This document shows positions 1-8,685 of a stretch of DNA of 64,000 nt, piece after piece. Source of the stretch: Vulcanimicrobiota bacterium (GTDB lineage Bacteria; Vulcanimicrobiota; Vulcanimicrobiia; Vulcanimicrobiales; Vulcanimicrobiaceae); assembly GCA_963723485.1 (NCBI GenBank), contig CAVRQS010000003.1, positions 376,371-440,370 of the forward strand, given 5' to 3'. The notes beneath the pieces are model-generated. The model worked only from the letters and a program-made list of their open reading frames with translations, had not been told where the DNA came from and made no database searches. A program made the translations under genes and the position numbers. The first letter of the stretch is position 1, and each line of letters begins with the position of its first letter.

Positions 1-15
1 CGCGCATAGTCGCCG

Positions 16-1887
16 ATGCAGCCGAGCGCGGCGACGTACAGGTGGTCGGTGGAATCTACAGCATTCGCAGCGGAAACGTCACGTTCGCATAGCGGGCTTC
101 TGAGGTCCGCCATCGACTTCGTGTGCGACCGGCTCTCGCTGGCCGTTGTCGCGATCGGGGCCGTTTTGATGGTGCTGGTCTTCGTCGTCGTCGAGAACAA
201 CGCCACGCACATCGGTTACTACCCAGTCGTATTCCTCGGCAATACGGATCGAGTCGAGGTGCCCGCCGGAGCGCAAGGCGCGGCCAGCCTGCGTTCGGGC
301 GACCGCATCGACCTGCAAAGCCTGACGCGGCCCGAGCGTTTCGCGCTTCTGCGGGGCGCACCGACGGATGCCGCCATGACCGTCCGGGTATCGCGCAACG
401 GCCGTTACTTTCAGCAGCGCTTGACCGCGAGCGGCTACGACAACTCACCGCGCGCGAAGCTCACGCGCGACGTCGGAATACCGCTAAGCTTCTTCTTGTC
501 GCTGCTCCTCGCGAGCGTGCTATTTCTGCTGCGTCCGCGCCCCATCACGCTCGCCTTCTATTTCTACACGATGCTGATGCTCGTGAAGACCAACCAGACC
601 GCGCTCGACCTCGCGAGCTGGCCGATTAGCCTCGCGAGCGACATGGCCATCCAAGTCGTATATCCGCTGGCGCAGCTGATGATACTGATCTTTGCGCAGC
701 GGCTCTACGGACACCCCAGCCGCATCTTTCCATGGTTTTTCGGGGTGGCGCTCGCGCTTTCGCTCGTCGTGTTCCTGATATGGCTCGATCCGATCGTGTG
801 GATCGTCTTCCAGCGCTACGGAATTCCCGGACCCACGCAGCTCTTCACGAGCCTTTCGGACGTGCTGCTGCTCGGCGTCGTTCTTTGCGGCCTCGCGTAC
901 ATCGCTTCCGGCGCCACCGCGCTCGATCGTCGGCGGGTCACCTGGGTGATCGCCGGAATCGCGCTGTCGCCGATCCTGGACTTCACCTGGGCGATCGCCA
1001 ACGTGCTCTACACGGTCTTCGGCAACCAGTCCGTCGTGCTGCTCAACCTGGAACACTGGACCGACGCGCTCGGGCCGTGGTTCGGGCTCGCCGGGAGCGC
1101 CTTCGTCGTCTACGGATTCCTCTCGGAGCGCGTGATCGATTTTCGCTTCGTCATCGGCCGTGCGGCAATCTACGGATCGATCACAGCAGTGTTGCTGCTG
1201 CTTTTCGGCATCCTCGAGTGGTGGGCCGAGCAGGTCTTCGAGAGCACGCGCCCTGCCATCTACCTGAGCCTGTTCGCGGCGCTCTTCATCGGCTTCTCGC
1301 TCAACGCAATACACGGCCGTGTCGAGGATTTCCTCAACATCTTCTTCTTCCGCGATCAGCGTCGCGCCGAAACGGCGTTGCGTACCGCATCTAAGGCGTT
1401 GGCCAACACGTCATCCGAGAAGACGCTTATCGACTTCCTTGTGGACGAGCCCGTGCGCGTTCTGCAGCTGACCTCCGCGGCGCTGTTCCTCGCAAACGAC
1501 AAGAATGGCGCGTTCGAGCGCGCCGCCGATCGCGGCTGGGACCGCCGCGAGGCGGAGACGATCGACGTGGAAGATCCGCTGATCGTGGAGTTGCGCGCTG
1601 AGCTCGGCCCCGTCGTGCTGGATGGGCGGCCGCGCGCGGAAACGATCCTGCCGGGCGGCGAGAACGCGCCGTCTTTCGTCGTGCCGCTCATCATGCGCGG
1701 CGCGGTCTTCGGCTTCGTGCTGTACGGAGCGCGCAGCACCGGTTTGCCGCTGACGACCGACGAGCGCGGCTTACTCGAAGCGATCGCGCGCAGCGCCGCC
1801 GCCGCGTACGACCACATCGACGCAGACAAGTCCCGTGCGCGCATCGCCGAGCTCGAAGCCGAGCTGCGGGGGGTTGGCGCTACTTAG
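16..1887 (+). CDS. multi-pass membrane sensor-like protein with C-terminal GAF-like soluble domain
   Basis: 623-aa ORF with ATG start. It has one N-terminal TM segment, an extracytoplasmic stretch ([13 protein letters not shown]), about 8 hydrophobic helices and a ~180-aa soluble C-terminus that resembles a GAF fold. It ends 4 nt inside the convergent rplA. Confidence 0.6.
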   Translation: MQPSAATYRWSVESTAFAAETSRSHSGLLRSAIDFVCDRLSLAVVAIGAVLMVLVFVVVENNATHIGYYPVVFLGNTDRVEVPAGAQGAASLRSGDRIDLQSLTRPERFALLRGAPTDAAMTVRVSRNGRYFQQRLTASGYDNSPRAKLTRDVGIPLSFFLSLLLASVLFLLRPRPITLAFYFYTMLMLVKTNQTALDLASWPISLASDMAIQVVYPLAQLMILIFAQRLYGHPSRIFPWFFGVALALSLVVFLIWLDPIVWIVFQRYGIPGPTQLFTSLSDVLLLGVVLCGLAYIASGATALDRRRVTWVIAGIALSPILDFTWAIANVLYTVFGNQSVVLLNLEHWTDALGPWFGLAGSAFVVYGFLSERVIDFRFVIGRAAIYGSITAVLLLLFGILEWWAEQVFESTRPAIYLSLFAALFIGFSLNAIHGRVEDFLNIFFFRDQRRAETALRTASKALANTSSEKTLIDFLVDEPVRVLQLTSAALFLANDKNGAFERAADRGWDRREAETIDVEDPLIVELRAELGPVVLDGRPRAETILPGGENAPSFVVPLIMRGAVFGFVLYGARSTGLPLTTDERGLLEAIARSAAAAYDHIDADKSRARIAELEAELRGVGAT

Positions 1888-2585
1888 GCGGTCGCCTTCA
1901 CGCGGTTTGGATCCACCTTCACGCCCGGGCCCATCGTGCTCGCGAGCGTGACGCTGCACAGGTAGGTTCCCTTCGCGGCGGACGGCTTAGCGCGGATGAT
2001 CGCGTCGAGTAGGGTCGTGATGTTCTCTACTAGATGCGCTTCGTCGAAGCTCGCCTTGCCGATGATCGTGTGGATGATGCCCGTCTTGTCGAGGCGGAAC
2101 TCGACCTTACCGGCCTTGATGTCGCGGATCGCCGCGGCGACGTTCGGCGTGACTGTGCCGGCCTTGGGGTTGGGCATCTTCTGGGCGAGGATGCGTCCCA
2201 GCTCCTTGCCGACCTGCGCCATCATGTCCGGTGTGGCTACGGCCACGTCGAACTCGGTAAAACCGCCCTTCACGCGGTCGATTAGGTCCTGATCGCCGAC
2301 GATGTCGGCGCCGGCCTCCTGCGCGGCCTTCGCGTTGTCGCCCTTCGCGAAGGCGATGACGCGCACCGTGCGCCCCGTGCCGTGCGGTAACAGGACGGTG
2401 CCGCGCACGTTTTGATCGCTTTTCTTCGGATCGACCCCGAGCCGGACGTGCGCCTCGACGGTCTCGTTGAATTTCGCGGTGGCGTTGCGCTTGACAAGCG
2501 CGATCGCCTCGGGGGTCGAGAAGAGATGCTTGCGATCGAAGGCGTCCGCGAGCATCTTGAAGCGTTTTCCGTGATGCTGCGGCAT
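1884..2585 (-). CDS. rplA: 50S ribosomal protein L1
   Basis: ORF 1884..2648 trimmed to the ATG at 2585 ([12 protein letters not shown]). L1 signature [25 protein letters not shown] and [17 protein letters not shown]. Lies immediately downstream of rplK. Confidence 0.95.
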   Translation of the reverse strand: MPQHHGKRFKMLADAFDRKHLFSTPEAIALVKRNATAKFNETVEAHVRLGVDPKKSDQNVRGTVLLPHGTGRTVRVIAFAKGDNAKAAQEAGADIVGDQDLIDRVKGGFTEFDVAVATPDMMAQVGKELGRILAQKMPNPKAGTVTPNVAAAIRDIKAGKVEFRLDKTGIIHTIIGKASFDEAHLVENITTLLDAIIRAKPSAAKGTYLCSVTLASTMGPGVKVDPNRVKATA

Positions 2586-2586
2586 A

Positions 2587-3012
2587 TTATCCCTCCACCT
2601 CGACGCCCATCGAGCGAGCCGTGCCCGCGACGATCTTCTTCGCCGCATCGATGTCGTTCGCGTTGATGTCGGGCATCTTCACCTTGGCGATCTCCTCGAG
2701 TTGGCTCTGCGTGAGCTTTCCGACCTTGTTTCGGTTGGGCTCCTTGCTGCCCGACTCGATCTTCAAGGCCTGTTTGATGAGGAACGACGCCGGCGGCGTC
2801 TTCGTGATGAACGTGAACGTACGATCCTCGAAGACGGTGATCTCGACCGGAATGATCATGCCGGCCTGGGAAGCGGTACGCTCGTTGTACTGCTTGCAGA
2901 AGTCCATGATGTTGAGCGAATAGGGTCCGAGTGCCGGACCGATCGGCGGCGCGGGCGTTGCCTTGCCGGCCGGAATCTGTAGGCCGATCTTGCCTACGAC
3001 CTTCTTAGCCAC
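2587..3012 (-). CDS. rplK: 50S ribosomal protein L11
   Basis: GTG start preceded by AAGGAGAG. Canonical L11 N-terminus [29 protein letters not shown]. 141 aa. Confidence 0.97.
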   Translation of the reverse strand: MAKKVVGKIGLQIPAGKATPAPPIGPALGPYSLNIMDFCKQYNERTASQAGMIIPVEITVFEDRTFTFITKTPPASFLIKQALKIESGSKEPNRNKVGKLTQSQLEEIAKVKMPDINANDIDAAKKIVAGTARSMGVEVEG

Positions 3013-3074
3013 TTATCTCTCCTTACGAACCGTTTCCTGCGGTTCTCCTCCACTCTCATGTTGCGCGGTTTTTT

Positions 3075-3102
3075 GTCACCCTGAGCGGAGTCGAAGGGTG
3101 AC
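3075..3102. repeat. REP-like palindromic hairpin in the nusG-rplK spacer
   Basis: Perfect 8-bp inverted repeat GTCACCCT (3075-3082) / AGGGTGAC (3095-3102) with a 12-nt loop, preceded by T6 (3069-3074). The 16-mer ttgtcaccctgagcgg (3073-3088) recurs exactly at 4047-4062. A degenerate copy lies at 33458-33500. Confidence 0.8.
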
Positions 3103-3114
3103 AAGGCAGATAAC

Positions 3115-3801
3115 CTAGACTTTTTCTACCTGGAAAAACTCCAGCTCGACCGGCGTCTCGCGACCGAAGATCGAGATAAGCGCGCGCAGGCGTTCTTTTT
3201 CCGGCGCGATCTCGTCGACGATGCCGGTGAAGTCGAAGAATGGGCCCGACGTGACCTTCACGCGATCGCCTTTCTTGAAGTCGATCTTGAGCTTCGGCGC
3301 CTCGATGCCCATCTGCTTGAGGATTGTCTTGACCTCTTTGTCCTGCAGCGGCACCGGCTTCTCGCCCGGCCCCGGGCTGCCGACGAAGCCGGTCACGCCC
3401 TGGGTGTTGCGCACGACGTACCAGGACTGGTCGTCCATGATCATCTCGACCAAGACGTAACCCGGGAAGACCTTCTTGGGCGTGATCTTACGCTTACCGT
3501 CCTTGAACTCGACCTCGTCCTCCATGGGGACGAGTACGCGGAAGATCTTGTCCTGCATGCCCATCGAGTGGATGCGGCGCTCGAGGTTCGCCTTGACTTT
3601 GTTTTCGTATCCGGAATAGGTGTGCACGACGAACCAGCTCCGATTGTCCTTGGGTTTCGCTGGAGCTTCGGCCTCGAGCTCGGTCTCAGCCGAGGGCTCC
3701 TCGGCCGCGCCGGCGACGTCGCCCATCTGGGTGTCGTCGATGATTGGCGCGTCGGCCGCGGGCTCCGCGATCTCGACGTCTTGGCGTTCGATGTCGTACA
3801 T
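3115..3801 (-). CDS. nusG: transcription termination/antitermination factor NusG
   Basis: ORF 3115..3924 trimmed to the ATG at 3801 (MYDIERQ). NGN motif WFVVHTYSGYENKV and KOW motif GDRVKVTSGPFFDFTG. Acidic N-terminal extension. Sits in the conserved secE-nusG-rplK order. Confidence 0.95.
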   Translation of the reverse strand: MYDIERQDVEIAEPAADAPIIDDTQMGDVAGAAEEPSAETELEAEAPAKPKDNRSWFVVHTYSGYENKVKANLERRIHSMGMQDKIFRVLVPMEDEVEFKDGKRKITPKKVFPGYVLVEMIMDDQSWYVVRNTQGVTGFVGSPGPGEKPVPLQDKEVKTILKQMGIEAPKLKIDFKKGDRVKVTSGPFFDFTGIVDEIAPEKERLRALISIFGRETPVELEFFQVEKV

Positions 3802-3806
3802 GGGTG

Positions 3807-4031
3807 CTATCCCGTCACTGGATGGATCACGGTGAAGAGCCAACCGAACAGCTGGTCGAGGACGAAAGTGAAGAGGCCGATCCCGACGACCAGCGCGATC
3901 GTCAGGATGGTGGCGGAGATCCACTCGTCGCGCGTCGGCCAGGTGACGCGGCGAAGTTCCGCGATCACGCCGCGCACAAAGTCGCCGCCTGCGAGGGTCT
4001 GGGCCGTTCTCTTCTGCTGCTCGTTCACCAA
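3807..4031 (-). CDS. secE: preprotein translocase subunit SecE
   Basis: 74-aa ORF. Motif FVRGVIAELRRVTWPTRDEW followed by a single TM helix. Positioned between tRNA-Trp and nusG. Start is TTG at 4031 or GTG at 4028. Confidence 0.85.
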   Translation of the reverse strand: MVNEQQKRTAQTLAGGDFVRGVIAELRRVTWPTRDEWISATILTIALVVGIGLFTFVLDQLFGWLFTVIHPVTG

Positions 4032-4046
4032 AGTTTCACTTCCATA

Positions 4047-4062
4047 TTGTCACCCTGAGCGG
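4047..4062. repeat. left-arm copy of the REP-like element, abutting the tRNA-Trp 3' end
   Basis: ttgtcaccctgagcgg is identical to 3073-3088. It can pair imperfectly with the tRNA acceptor 3' strand (CACCCTG / CAGGGCG). Confidence 0.7.
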
Positions 4063-4063
4063 G

Positions 4064-4139
4064 TGGCAGGGCGGACAGGACTCGAACCTGCAACAACTGG
4101 TTTTGGAGACCAGGACTCTACCAATTGAGCTACCGCCCT
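4064..4139 (-). tRNA. tRNA-Trp (anticodon CCA)
   Basis: Minus-strand read AGGGCGGTAGCTCAATTGGTAGAGTCCTGGTCTCCAAAACCAGTTGTTGCAGGTTCGAGTCCTGTCCGCCCTGCCA. 7-bp acceptor stem, anticodon loop CUCCAAA, T-loop GGTTCGAGTCC, encoded CCA. Confidence 0.93.
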
Positions 4140-4302
4140 ATCTGGTCTCTCGATGCGGGTTGTGCGATCGGCAGAAGCGGCAATATTTCTTGAGCTCCAG
4201 CCGGTCCGTCGTCTTCGATTTATTCTTCTGCGTGTTGTAGTTACGGCGCTTGCATACCGTGCACGCCAGGACCACCATTACACGCGTCTCTTTCTTTGCC
4301 AT
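4138..4302 (-). CDS. rpmG: 50S ribosomal protein L33
   Basis: 54-codon ORF below the track threshold, translated by hand: [54 protein letters not shown]. It has the CxxC...CxxC L33 pattern. The TAG stop (4138-4140) overlaps the first 2 nt of tRNA-Trp. Confidence 0.9.
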   Translation of the reverse strand: MAKKETRVMVVLACTVCKRRNYNTQKNKSKTTDRLELKKYCRFCRSHNPHRETR

Positions 4303-4306
4303 CAGT

Positions 4307-4315
4307 AGTCTACCA
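4307..4315 (-). promoter_or_regulatory. possible extended -10 element (TGgTAGACT) just upstream of the rpmG ATG
   Basis: Minus strand reads TGTGGTAGACTACTGATG. The hexamer TAGACT ends 4 nt before the ATG, which would give a leaderless or near-leaderless mRNA. No good -35 box and no RBS are seen. Confidence 0.3.
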
Positions 4316-4320
4316 CAACA

Positions 4321-4346
4321 TGAATAAAACGGACCGCCGGTCCGTT
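4321..4346 (-). terminator. intrinsic terminator-like hairpin upstream of rpmG
   Basis: Minus strand reads AACGGACC-GGC-GGTCCGTT (8-bp perfect stem), running straight into TTTTATTC. It would terminate transcripts coming from the tRNA-Arg side. Confidence 0.6.
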
Positions 4347-4713
4347 CCAGAAACCCATGCTAGCACACCGGCGACGCGCCACGCAACCGGCCACGCCACC
4401 ACTCGACCAGCCACCCGTTGCCCGTCGCCGTCCTCTAGCCTTGCCAGCCAGCTGACCTCCGGAACAGCGTTTCCCAGCAAACCACCGCCTCCGGACTCGC
4501 GCCGCAGCGCCCTGGCCGAAGCCGTCACCCCGCGCCGCCGGTCCGGCCCTCCCTCGCCCACTCGCCGCCCTGGGCGCCTTGGCCGCCGCCCCGCTGATCG
4601 GCGGCTCCGCTCCGCCGCATCCCGCGAGCAATGCGGCTACCGCGCCGTTCGCGAGCGCCGAACCTCAGCGCGGGAATGCGGACTGCGCCTCTAGACGCGG
4701 CTGTTTTTTATCG

Positions 4714-4788
4714 TGCGCCCGGCCAGAATCGAACTGGCAACCTTGGGCTTAGGAGTCCCCTGCTCTATCCAGTTTGAGCTACGGGCGC
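4714..4788 (-). tRNA. tRNA-Arg (anticodon CCU)
   Basis: Minus-strand read GCGCCCGTAGCTCAAACTGGATAGAGCAGGGGACTCCTAAGCCCAAGGTTGCCAGTTCGATTCTGGCCGGGCGCA. Perfect acceptor, D and T stems. Anticodon loop CUCCUAA. The anticodon stem has 3 G-C pairs flanked by mismatches. CCA is not encoded. Confidence 0.75.
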
Positions 4789-4892
4789 GCACAGTGGTTT
4801 GTTATTTTACAGGACTTTTGAGGCCTGGTCTCGCCCGCGAGCCCTGCTGCGCCAGGGCTCGCGGTTCCCATTGGGTTGCCATCGCAGCAGCG

Positions 4893-5105
4893 TCAACTCT
4901 CAGCCGCCTTTTTGCGTGCCTGTGCGACGGCGATCGCGTGGTCGATCTGGGCGACGGTCCGCTCCTTAGCGCCTGCGATGACATGCCCGTAGACGTAGCG
5001 TAGTCGACGCCGAGGCGTGCCCGAGAAGGACAGCAAGGGTTCGACGTCGCTGCCGCCCGCGCGCGCCTGGGTGGCCCCGAATTGCCGACACTTGCGCATG
5101 TGGGC
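4893..5105 (-). pseudogene. tyrosine recombinase (integrase) C-terminal remnant, frameshifted
   Basis: Catalytic-region-like text is split over two frames. HMRKCRQFGATQARAGGSDVE and YVYGHVIAGAKERTVAQIDHAIAV lie in one frame. LLGHASASTTLR lies in another. There is no N-terminal domain and no intact ORF. Confidence 0.45.
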
Positions 5106-5286
5106 ACATTCTCGACATGTGCGACCGATACAAAACGGCGCGCCCACACAAAGGCTTGGGCCGGAAGACCTCCGAGGTTCGCTCGCTCTTCCGCAATTAG
5201 TCGCCAAGCAAAAACCGCCACCTATCTTCTACGGCACGATAGGGATACCGTCATGACAACGCAACGAGCGAAGCGGGTACTTTTAT

Positions 5287-5517
5287 TCAAGATCGAATCG
5301 CTAGCATGGTCGCGTTCGCGCACGCGTCGCTCGCTTCCAGCGATCCGAGGTCGACGGTCTGCTCCCTGAACTTCGGGATGCTGCCGAAGTCGTACCGCGT
5401 GTGCCCGACGGAGTGCGGCTTGACGTACGGCGAGATCACGACCATCGGGATGCGGAATCCCAGCTAGCGGAGTTGGTTGCTCGTACCGATCGCGTTGACG
5501 ACCGAGGTGACCCAGTG
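5287..5517 (-). pseudogene. phosphoesterase (PLC/AcpA family) C-terminal remnant
   Basis: Hand translation gives HWVTSVVNAIGTSNQLR*LGFRIPMVVISPYVKPHSVGHTRYDFGSIPKF. This parallels GEAFVATFVNAIARS...GPRVPLILISPFAREGAVVHDAGDQTSILKF of the intact gene at 56678-58339. It has an in-frame TAG (5464-5466), an internal deletion, and no N-terminal part. Confidence 0.5.
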
Positions 5518-5658
5518 CGGACAGCGCGCGGCAAACCGCTAAATTGGTATGAAAGTACCAGGGGACGCGCGATTCCGTTTTCGAAGCGCGACAATGCTCC
5601 TTTCCTGCACGCTTGGGAATCGGGGGCGGGGACCGCTCGCGTACGGAGCGGTCCTTTT

Positions 5659-5973
5659 TCATGGTGCGGATGTCCTGACCGAACCCAAGAGCACGGTCCA
5701 CGGTTCGATGCTGACTGTTTGGAGCAAACCCATCGCCGTCCACGGATCTTGCGCCAGCTTCGCCGCGACGGCGGCGCGGTCAGGCGCGGAAACAATGTGA
5801 AGTACGCGCGGCGCATCGTCCTCGCCGCCGAGCGGTCCGCCCGCTAGGACGAAGCCCTCGTCGACCAGCGCGTCCATTAGTCGCGCATGCGCGTTCCACT
5901 CTCGTTGGCGTCGCATCGGGCGCGACCAGTCCCACGCGGCACCACGATTCCGTATCACAGCAAAATATGGCAC
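5659..5973 (-). CDS. YciI-like protein
   Basis: 104 aa. MPYFAVIRNRG..W......REWNAHARLMDALVDEGFVLAGGPLG matches the YCII/DGPF-type small alpha-beta family pattern. Confidence 0.75.
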   Translation of the reverse strand: MPYFAVIRNRGAAWDWSRPMRRQREWNAHARLMDALVDEGFVLAGGPLGGEDDAPRVLHIVSAPDRAAVAAKLAQDPWTAMGLLQTVSIEPWTVLLGSVRTSAP

Positions 5974-5991
5974 CGGCCTAACGCAGCGCTT

Positions 5992-6318
5992 TCAGGTCCT
6001 CTTTTTTATCACAATCAAGTGCGAGCTCGAGCTCGTGCTGAGGCTCGGGCTAATACTTATACTGGTGCTCGCGCTCCGTGGCGGTGGCGCGCAATTCACG
6101 CGGCCTTGTATCACGCGGCAGGCCTGCCGTGTGATCCGGTCGATGCGCCACACCACACCGTTGTCGACGACATATTGATATCGGGCGAACACTTGGATCG
6201 CGAGCGCACAGAAGGCCGCGAACCCCAGGAGCCCTACGCCGAACATTAGCTTGGCAGCGCCACGTTTCAACCAGGGGTCCGAATGCAAGCCGCCGCCCTG
6301 GGCGATCTGATTCATCAA
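5992..6318 (-). CDS. hypothetical small membrane protein
   Basis: 108-aa ORF with one clear TM helix (LMFGVGLLGFAAFCALAIQVF) and a Ser-rich tail. GGAG lies upstream of the ATG at 6315. No recognised family. Confidence 0.4.
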   Translation of the reverse strand: MMNQIAQGGGLHSDPWLKRGAAKLMFGVGLLGFAAFCALAIQVFARYQYVVDNGVVWRIDRITRQACRVIQGRVNCAPPPRSASTSISISPSLSTSSSSHLIVIKKRT

Positions 6319-6645
6319 CGATGCTCCGTCGAAGTTAACTTTAGTGGGGTTGCTTCGACCGCCATATATGCAAAAAGACGCGCAAGTACCTGCACATTCC
6401 GTCGCGACGCAGCCGCCGCGAGAGGGCCGACGCGGCCTTAAGCTGCGTTAACTGGTTTTATGCCATCATAATGAGGTATTTTTCGGTCGGCGGGCCGGAT
6501 CGAGCGGGCAAGACTCGAATTTTTTGCGGGTTACGGGTCGCTTCTAGCCGTTTTTGTCGGTTCCGGCCGGCCTCCGCTGGGGCGAGACTCATCGGCAGCC
6601 GGGGCCTCCGGCTACGCGCCCGAAGCCCGACCGAGACGCTGGTCG

Positions 6646-7617
6646 CTAGTTCCGAATGATCCGTCCAGTCTTCACGACTTCGAACGCGGTGTTCGGCACA
6701 CTCTTGAGCTGATCGAGGTCGTTGTCGTTCCAGCAGTGCGACGCCCAGCCGCCCTCGCCTTGGAAATACCAGTTCGACCCGTTGTCCGCAACGAGCATCC
6801 CGTACGTCTTCATCGCTACGGCGATGACGTGCGCCTGGCCCGTGATGTGCGAGATGTCGTATGAAGCCTTCATGCGGACGCGCAGCCCCATCGGCGGGAG
6901 CGCCTTGGCGCGGCTGTCGCTCGCATAGTGAGTCGCCGGATGGATATAGCCTTCTTGCGTTCGGCTGAACGTGACGCGCACCGCATGCGCAATCGTACCG
7001 GCCTGCACCTCGGCGCATTTGACCAGCGCGGGTAATATCGGCAGCCCCGCGGCATCGGCCGAGGTCCACCCGTTGGGCCGCAACTTGTTCGAGTCGAGGT
7101 GGAAGATCGCGCCGGAGCCGGCGCGCCAGCGCTTTCCAGCATCGCGCGGATACGCGTCCCACATCTCGTAGAGCTTACATTTTCCCTGTTGAAGAATTAG
7201 CACGTGACGATCGCCCGTCGCATGTTTGCCGCCTTCGATCTGCGGGTTTTTCGGAATCGGATACGGTCCCCGATTGCTCTCCGAGGCGTAATGAAACGTC
7301 ACGGGCACCTTCTTCTGCGTGCTGGGGACGATGTTGAACGGGATGCCGTAGTGTGGATCCTGTCCGAAATCGGGATGAAGGTTGCCCTGAAGGGTCGCGA
7401 TGTATCGATCGGATAGCGGGTCGAGCGGGTACTTCGAGATATCGGTGTTCCACGGATTGTTGGACGGAAATATCTGACAGCCGCCGACGATCGGAACTGC
7501 GGGCGAGACCCGAGTCGCGTCGACCGCGCGGGATGACTGCAACGTGCCCGGCACGTTCGTCCTCCCGCACGAGGCGAGGAACGAAGCGAGAACAAGCAGC
7601 GCCGGGGCCCGCGCCAT
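6646..7617 (-). CDS. conserved secreted lipoprotein of unknown function
   Basis: ORF 6646..8313 trimmed to the ATG at 7617. It has a lipoprotein signal MARAPALLVLASFLASC. Conserved-looking blocks are GDRHVLILQQGKCKLYEMWDA, NGWTSADAAGLPILP and YGMLVADNGSNWYFQG. The upstream 230 codons of the ORF are antisense to the real gene at 7678-8685. Confidence 0.8.
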   Translation of the reverse strand: MARAPALLVLASFLASCGRTNVPGTLQSSRAVDATRVSPAVPIVGGCQIFPSNNPWNTDISKYPLDPLSDRYIATLQGNLHPDFGQDPHYGIPFNIVPSTQKKVPVTFHYASESNRGPYPIPKNPQIEGGKHATGDRHVLILQQGKCKLYEMWDAYPRDAGKRWRAGSGAIFHLDSNKLRPNGWTSADAAGLPILPALVKCAEVQAGTIAHAVRVTFSRTQEGYIHPATHYASDSRAKALPPMGLRVRMKASYDISHITGQAHVIAVAMKTYGMLVADNGSNWYFQGEGGWASHCWNDNDLDQLKSVPNTAFEVVKTGRIIRN

Positions 7618-7677
7618 GCCAAACACTTCCCCGAATGCCGGCGGAGGGCCCTCTCTCCGGGGAGAAAGCCACCGAAC

Positions 7678-8685
7678 ATGCTCGCCGCGCTCGCACTCGT
7701 CGCATCCGCGAAGTGCTCCGTTACGATCTTTCCGCGCTTCGGCAATTACGCCGCGACGGCACGACTGCACGGCCCGGGGTTGCTGCTCGACGGCGGCGGC
7801 GCGCTCGAGGCTCCGAGCGCGTCGCTGCGCTGGATGCACCGGCGCCTGGTCGGCGAGACGAACGCGCGCGGCGGAAACGTCGTGGTGCTCCGTGCGTCGG
7901 ATCGCGATATCTACGATCGGCCTTTCTATCGCGACGGCGACTTCGCATCGGTACAGACGATACTCATTCCGCCCTGCGCGTCGCGCGACGCTGTCGATGC
8001 GGTCGCGCCCTTCGTCGACGCCGCCGATGCGGTCTATTTCGCGGGCGGCGATCAGGCCCACTACGTAGCGTGGAAAGGCAGCGCGCTGATGGCCGCGGTG
8101 CAACGCGTCTACGCGCGTCGCGGCGTCGTCGGCGGCGGCAGCGCGGGCCTGGCGATCCAAGGCGCGGTCGCTTACGACAGCGTGGCCGGCGACCGATTCA
8201 ACGTAAACGCGCACACGCGCGACGCCGTCACGAATCCGCTCGAACCGCGGATCAGTTTCACGACGGGACTTTTTGCGTGGCCCGCGCTGGCCGACACTAT
8301 CACCGACACGCACTTCGTCGTGCGCGATCGCTTCGGCCGAACCGTCGCATTCCTGGCCCGTATTTTACGAGATCGGCTGCTTCCAAATGTCCACGCGGTC
8401 TACGCGCTGGGCATCGACCAGGCCAGCGCGGTCGTCGTCGACCCCGACGGCACGGCCACGCTGTTCAACGCCCCGAACGGTAGCGGCGCGTACCTCATTC
8501 GCGCCACGGAGACGCCGCGCTTGACCGCCGGCAAACCGCTGCGCTACACGGTGAGGGTTTCGCACGTGCGCCGCGACGGCGAGCGCTTCGATCTGCTGCA
8601 TAAACGCACCCGTGATCCGTGGTACGCGGTGACCGTCGACGGCGGCCGTTCGCCGATCTACAGCCGCGATCCGTACGCGCCATGA
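7678..8685 (+). CDS. cyanophycinase-like peptidase S51 family protein
   Basis: LLLDGGGA...VYFAGGDQAHYV...GVVGGGSAGLAIQG is the S51/cyanophycinase nucleophile-elbow pattern. The stop overlaps the next start (ATGA). Confidence 0.75.
   Translation: MLAALALVASAKCSVTIFPRFGNYAATARLHGPGLLLDGGGALEAPSASLRWMHRRLVGETNARGGNVVVLRASDRDIYDRPFYRDGDFASVQTILIPPCASRDAVDAVAPFVDAADAVYFAGGDQAHYVAWKGSALMAAVQRVYARRGVVGGGSAGLAIQGAVAYDSVAGDRFNVNAHTRDAVTNPLEPRISFTTGLFAWPALADTITDTHFVVRDRFGRTVAFLARILRDRLLPNVHAVYALGIDQASAVVVDPDGTATLFNAPNGSGAYLIRATETPRLTAGKPLRYTVRVSHVRRDGERFDLLHKRTRDPWYAVTVDGGRSPIYSRDPYAP

Noticed and set aside
3069-3102. Intrinsic terminator between nusG and rplK
   Set aside because: The T-run precedes the hairpin on the plus strand, so on the coding (minus) strand an A-run follows the hairpin. 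Neither orientation gives a hairpin followed by a U-tract.
4296-4694. 132-aa plus-strand ORF (and minus-strand ORFs 4302..4631, 4310..4561) between rpmG and tRNA-Arg
   Set aside because: The text is low-complexity Pro/Ser/Thr/Arg/Ala. There is no clear G/C preference at third positions, no RBS and no recognisable motif. I treated it as non-coding, but its unusual C-skew is flagged in a finding.
4714-6320. Intact integrative element or prophage at tRNA-Arg
   Set aside because: Only short decayed fragments are present. The integrase remnant is on the tRNA 5' side. No att-like direct repeat of the tRNA 3' end was seen, and no cargo, excisionase or phage genes are present.
6500-6525. Plus-strand hairpin plus T6 (tcgag-N9-ctcga-atttttt), possibly terminating a small RNA in the 327-nt intergenic region 6319-6645
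   Set aside because: The stem is only 5 bp. I found no convincing promoter at proper spacing upstream. The 62-aa ORF 6471..6659 is not protein-like. This is too weak to call.
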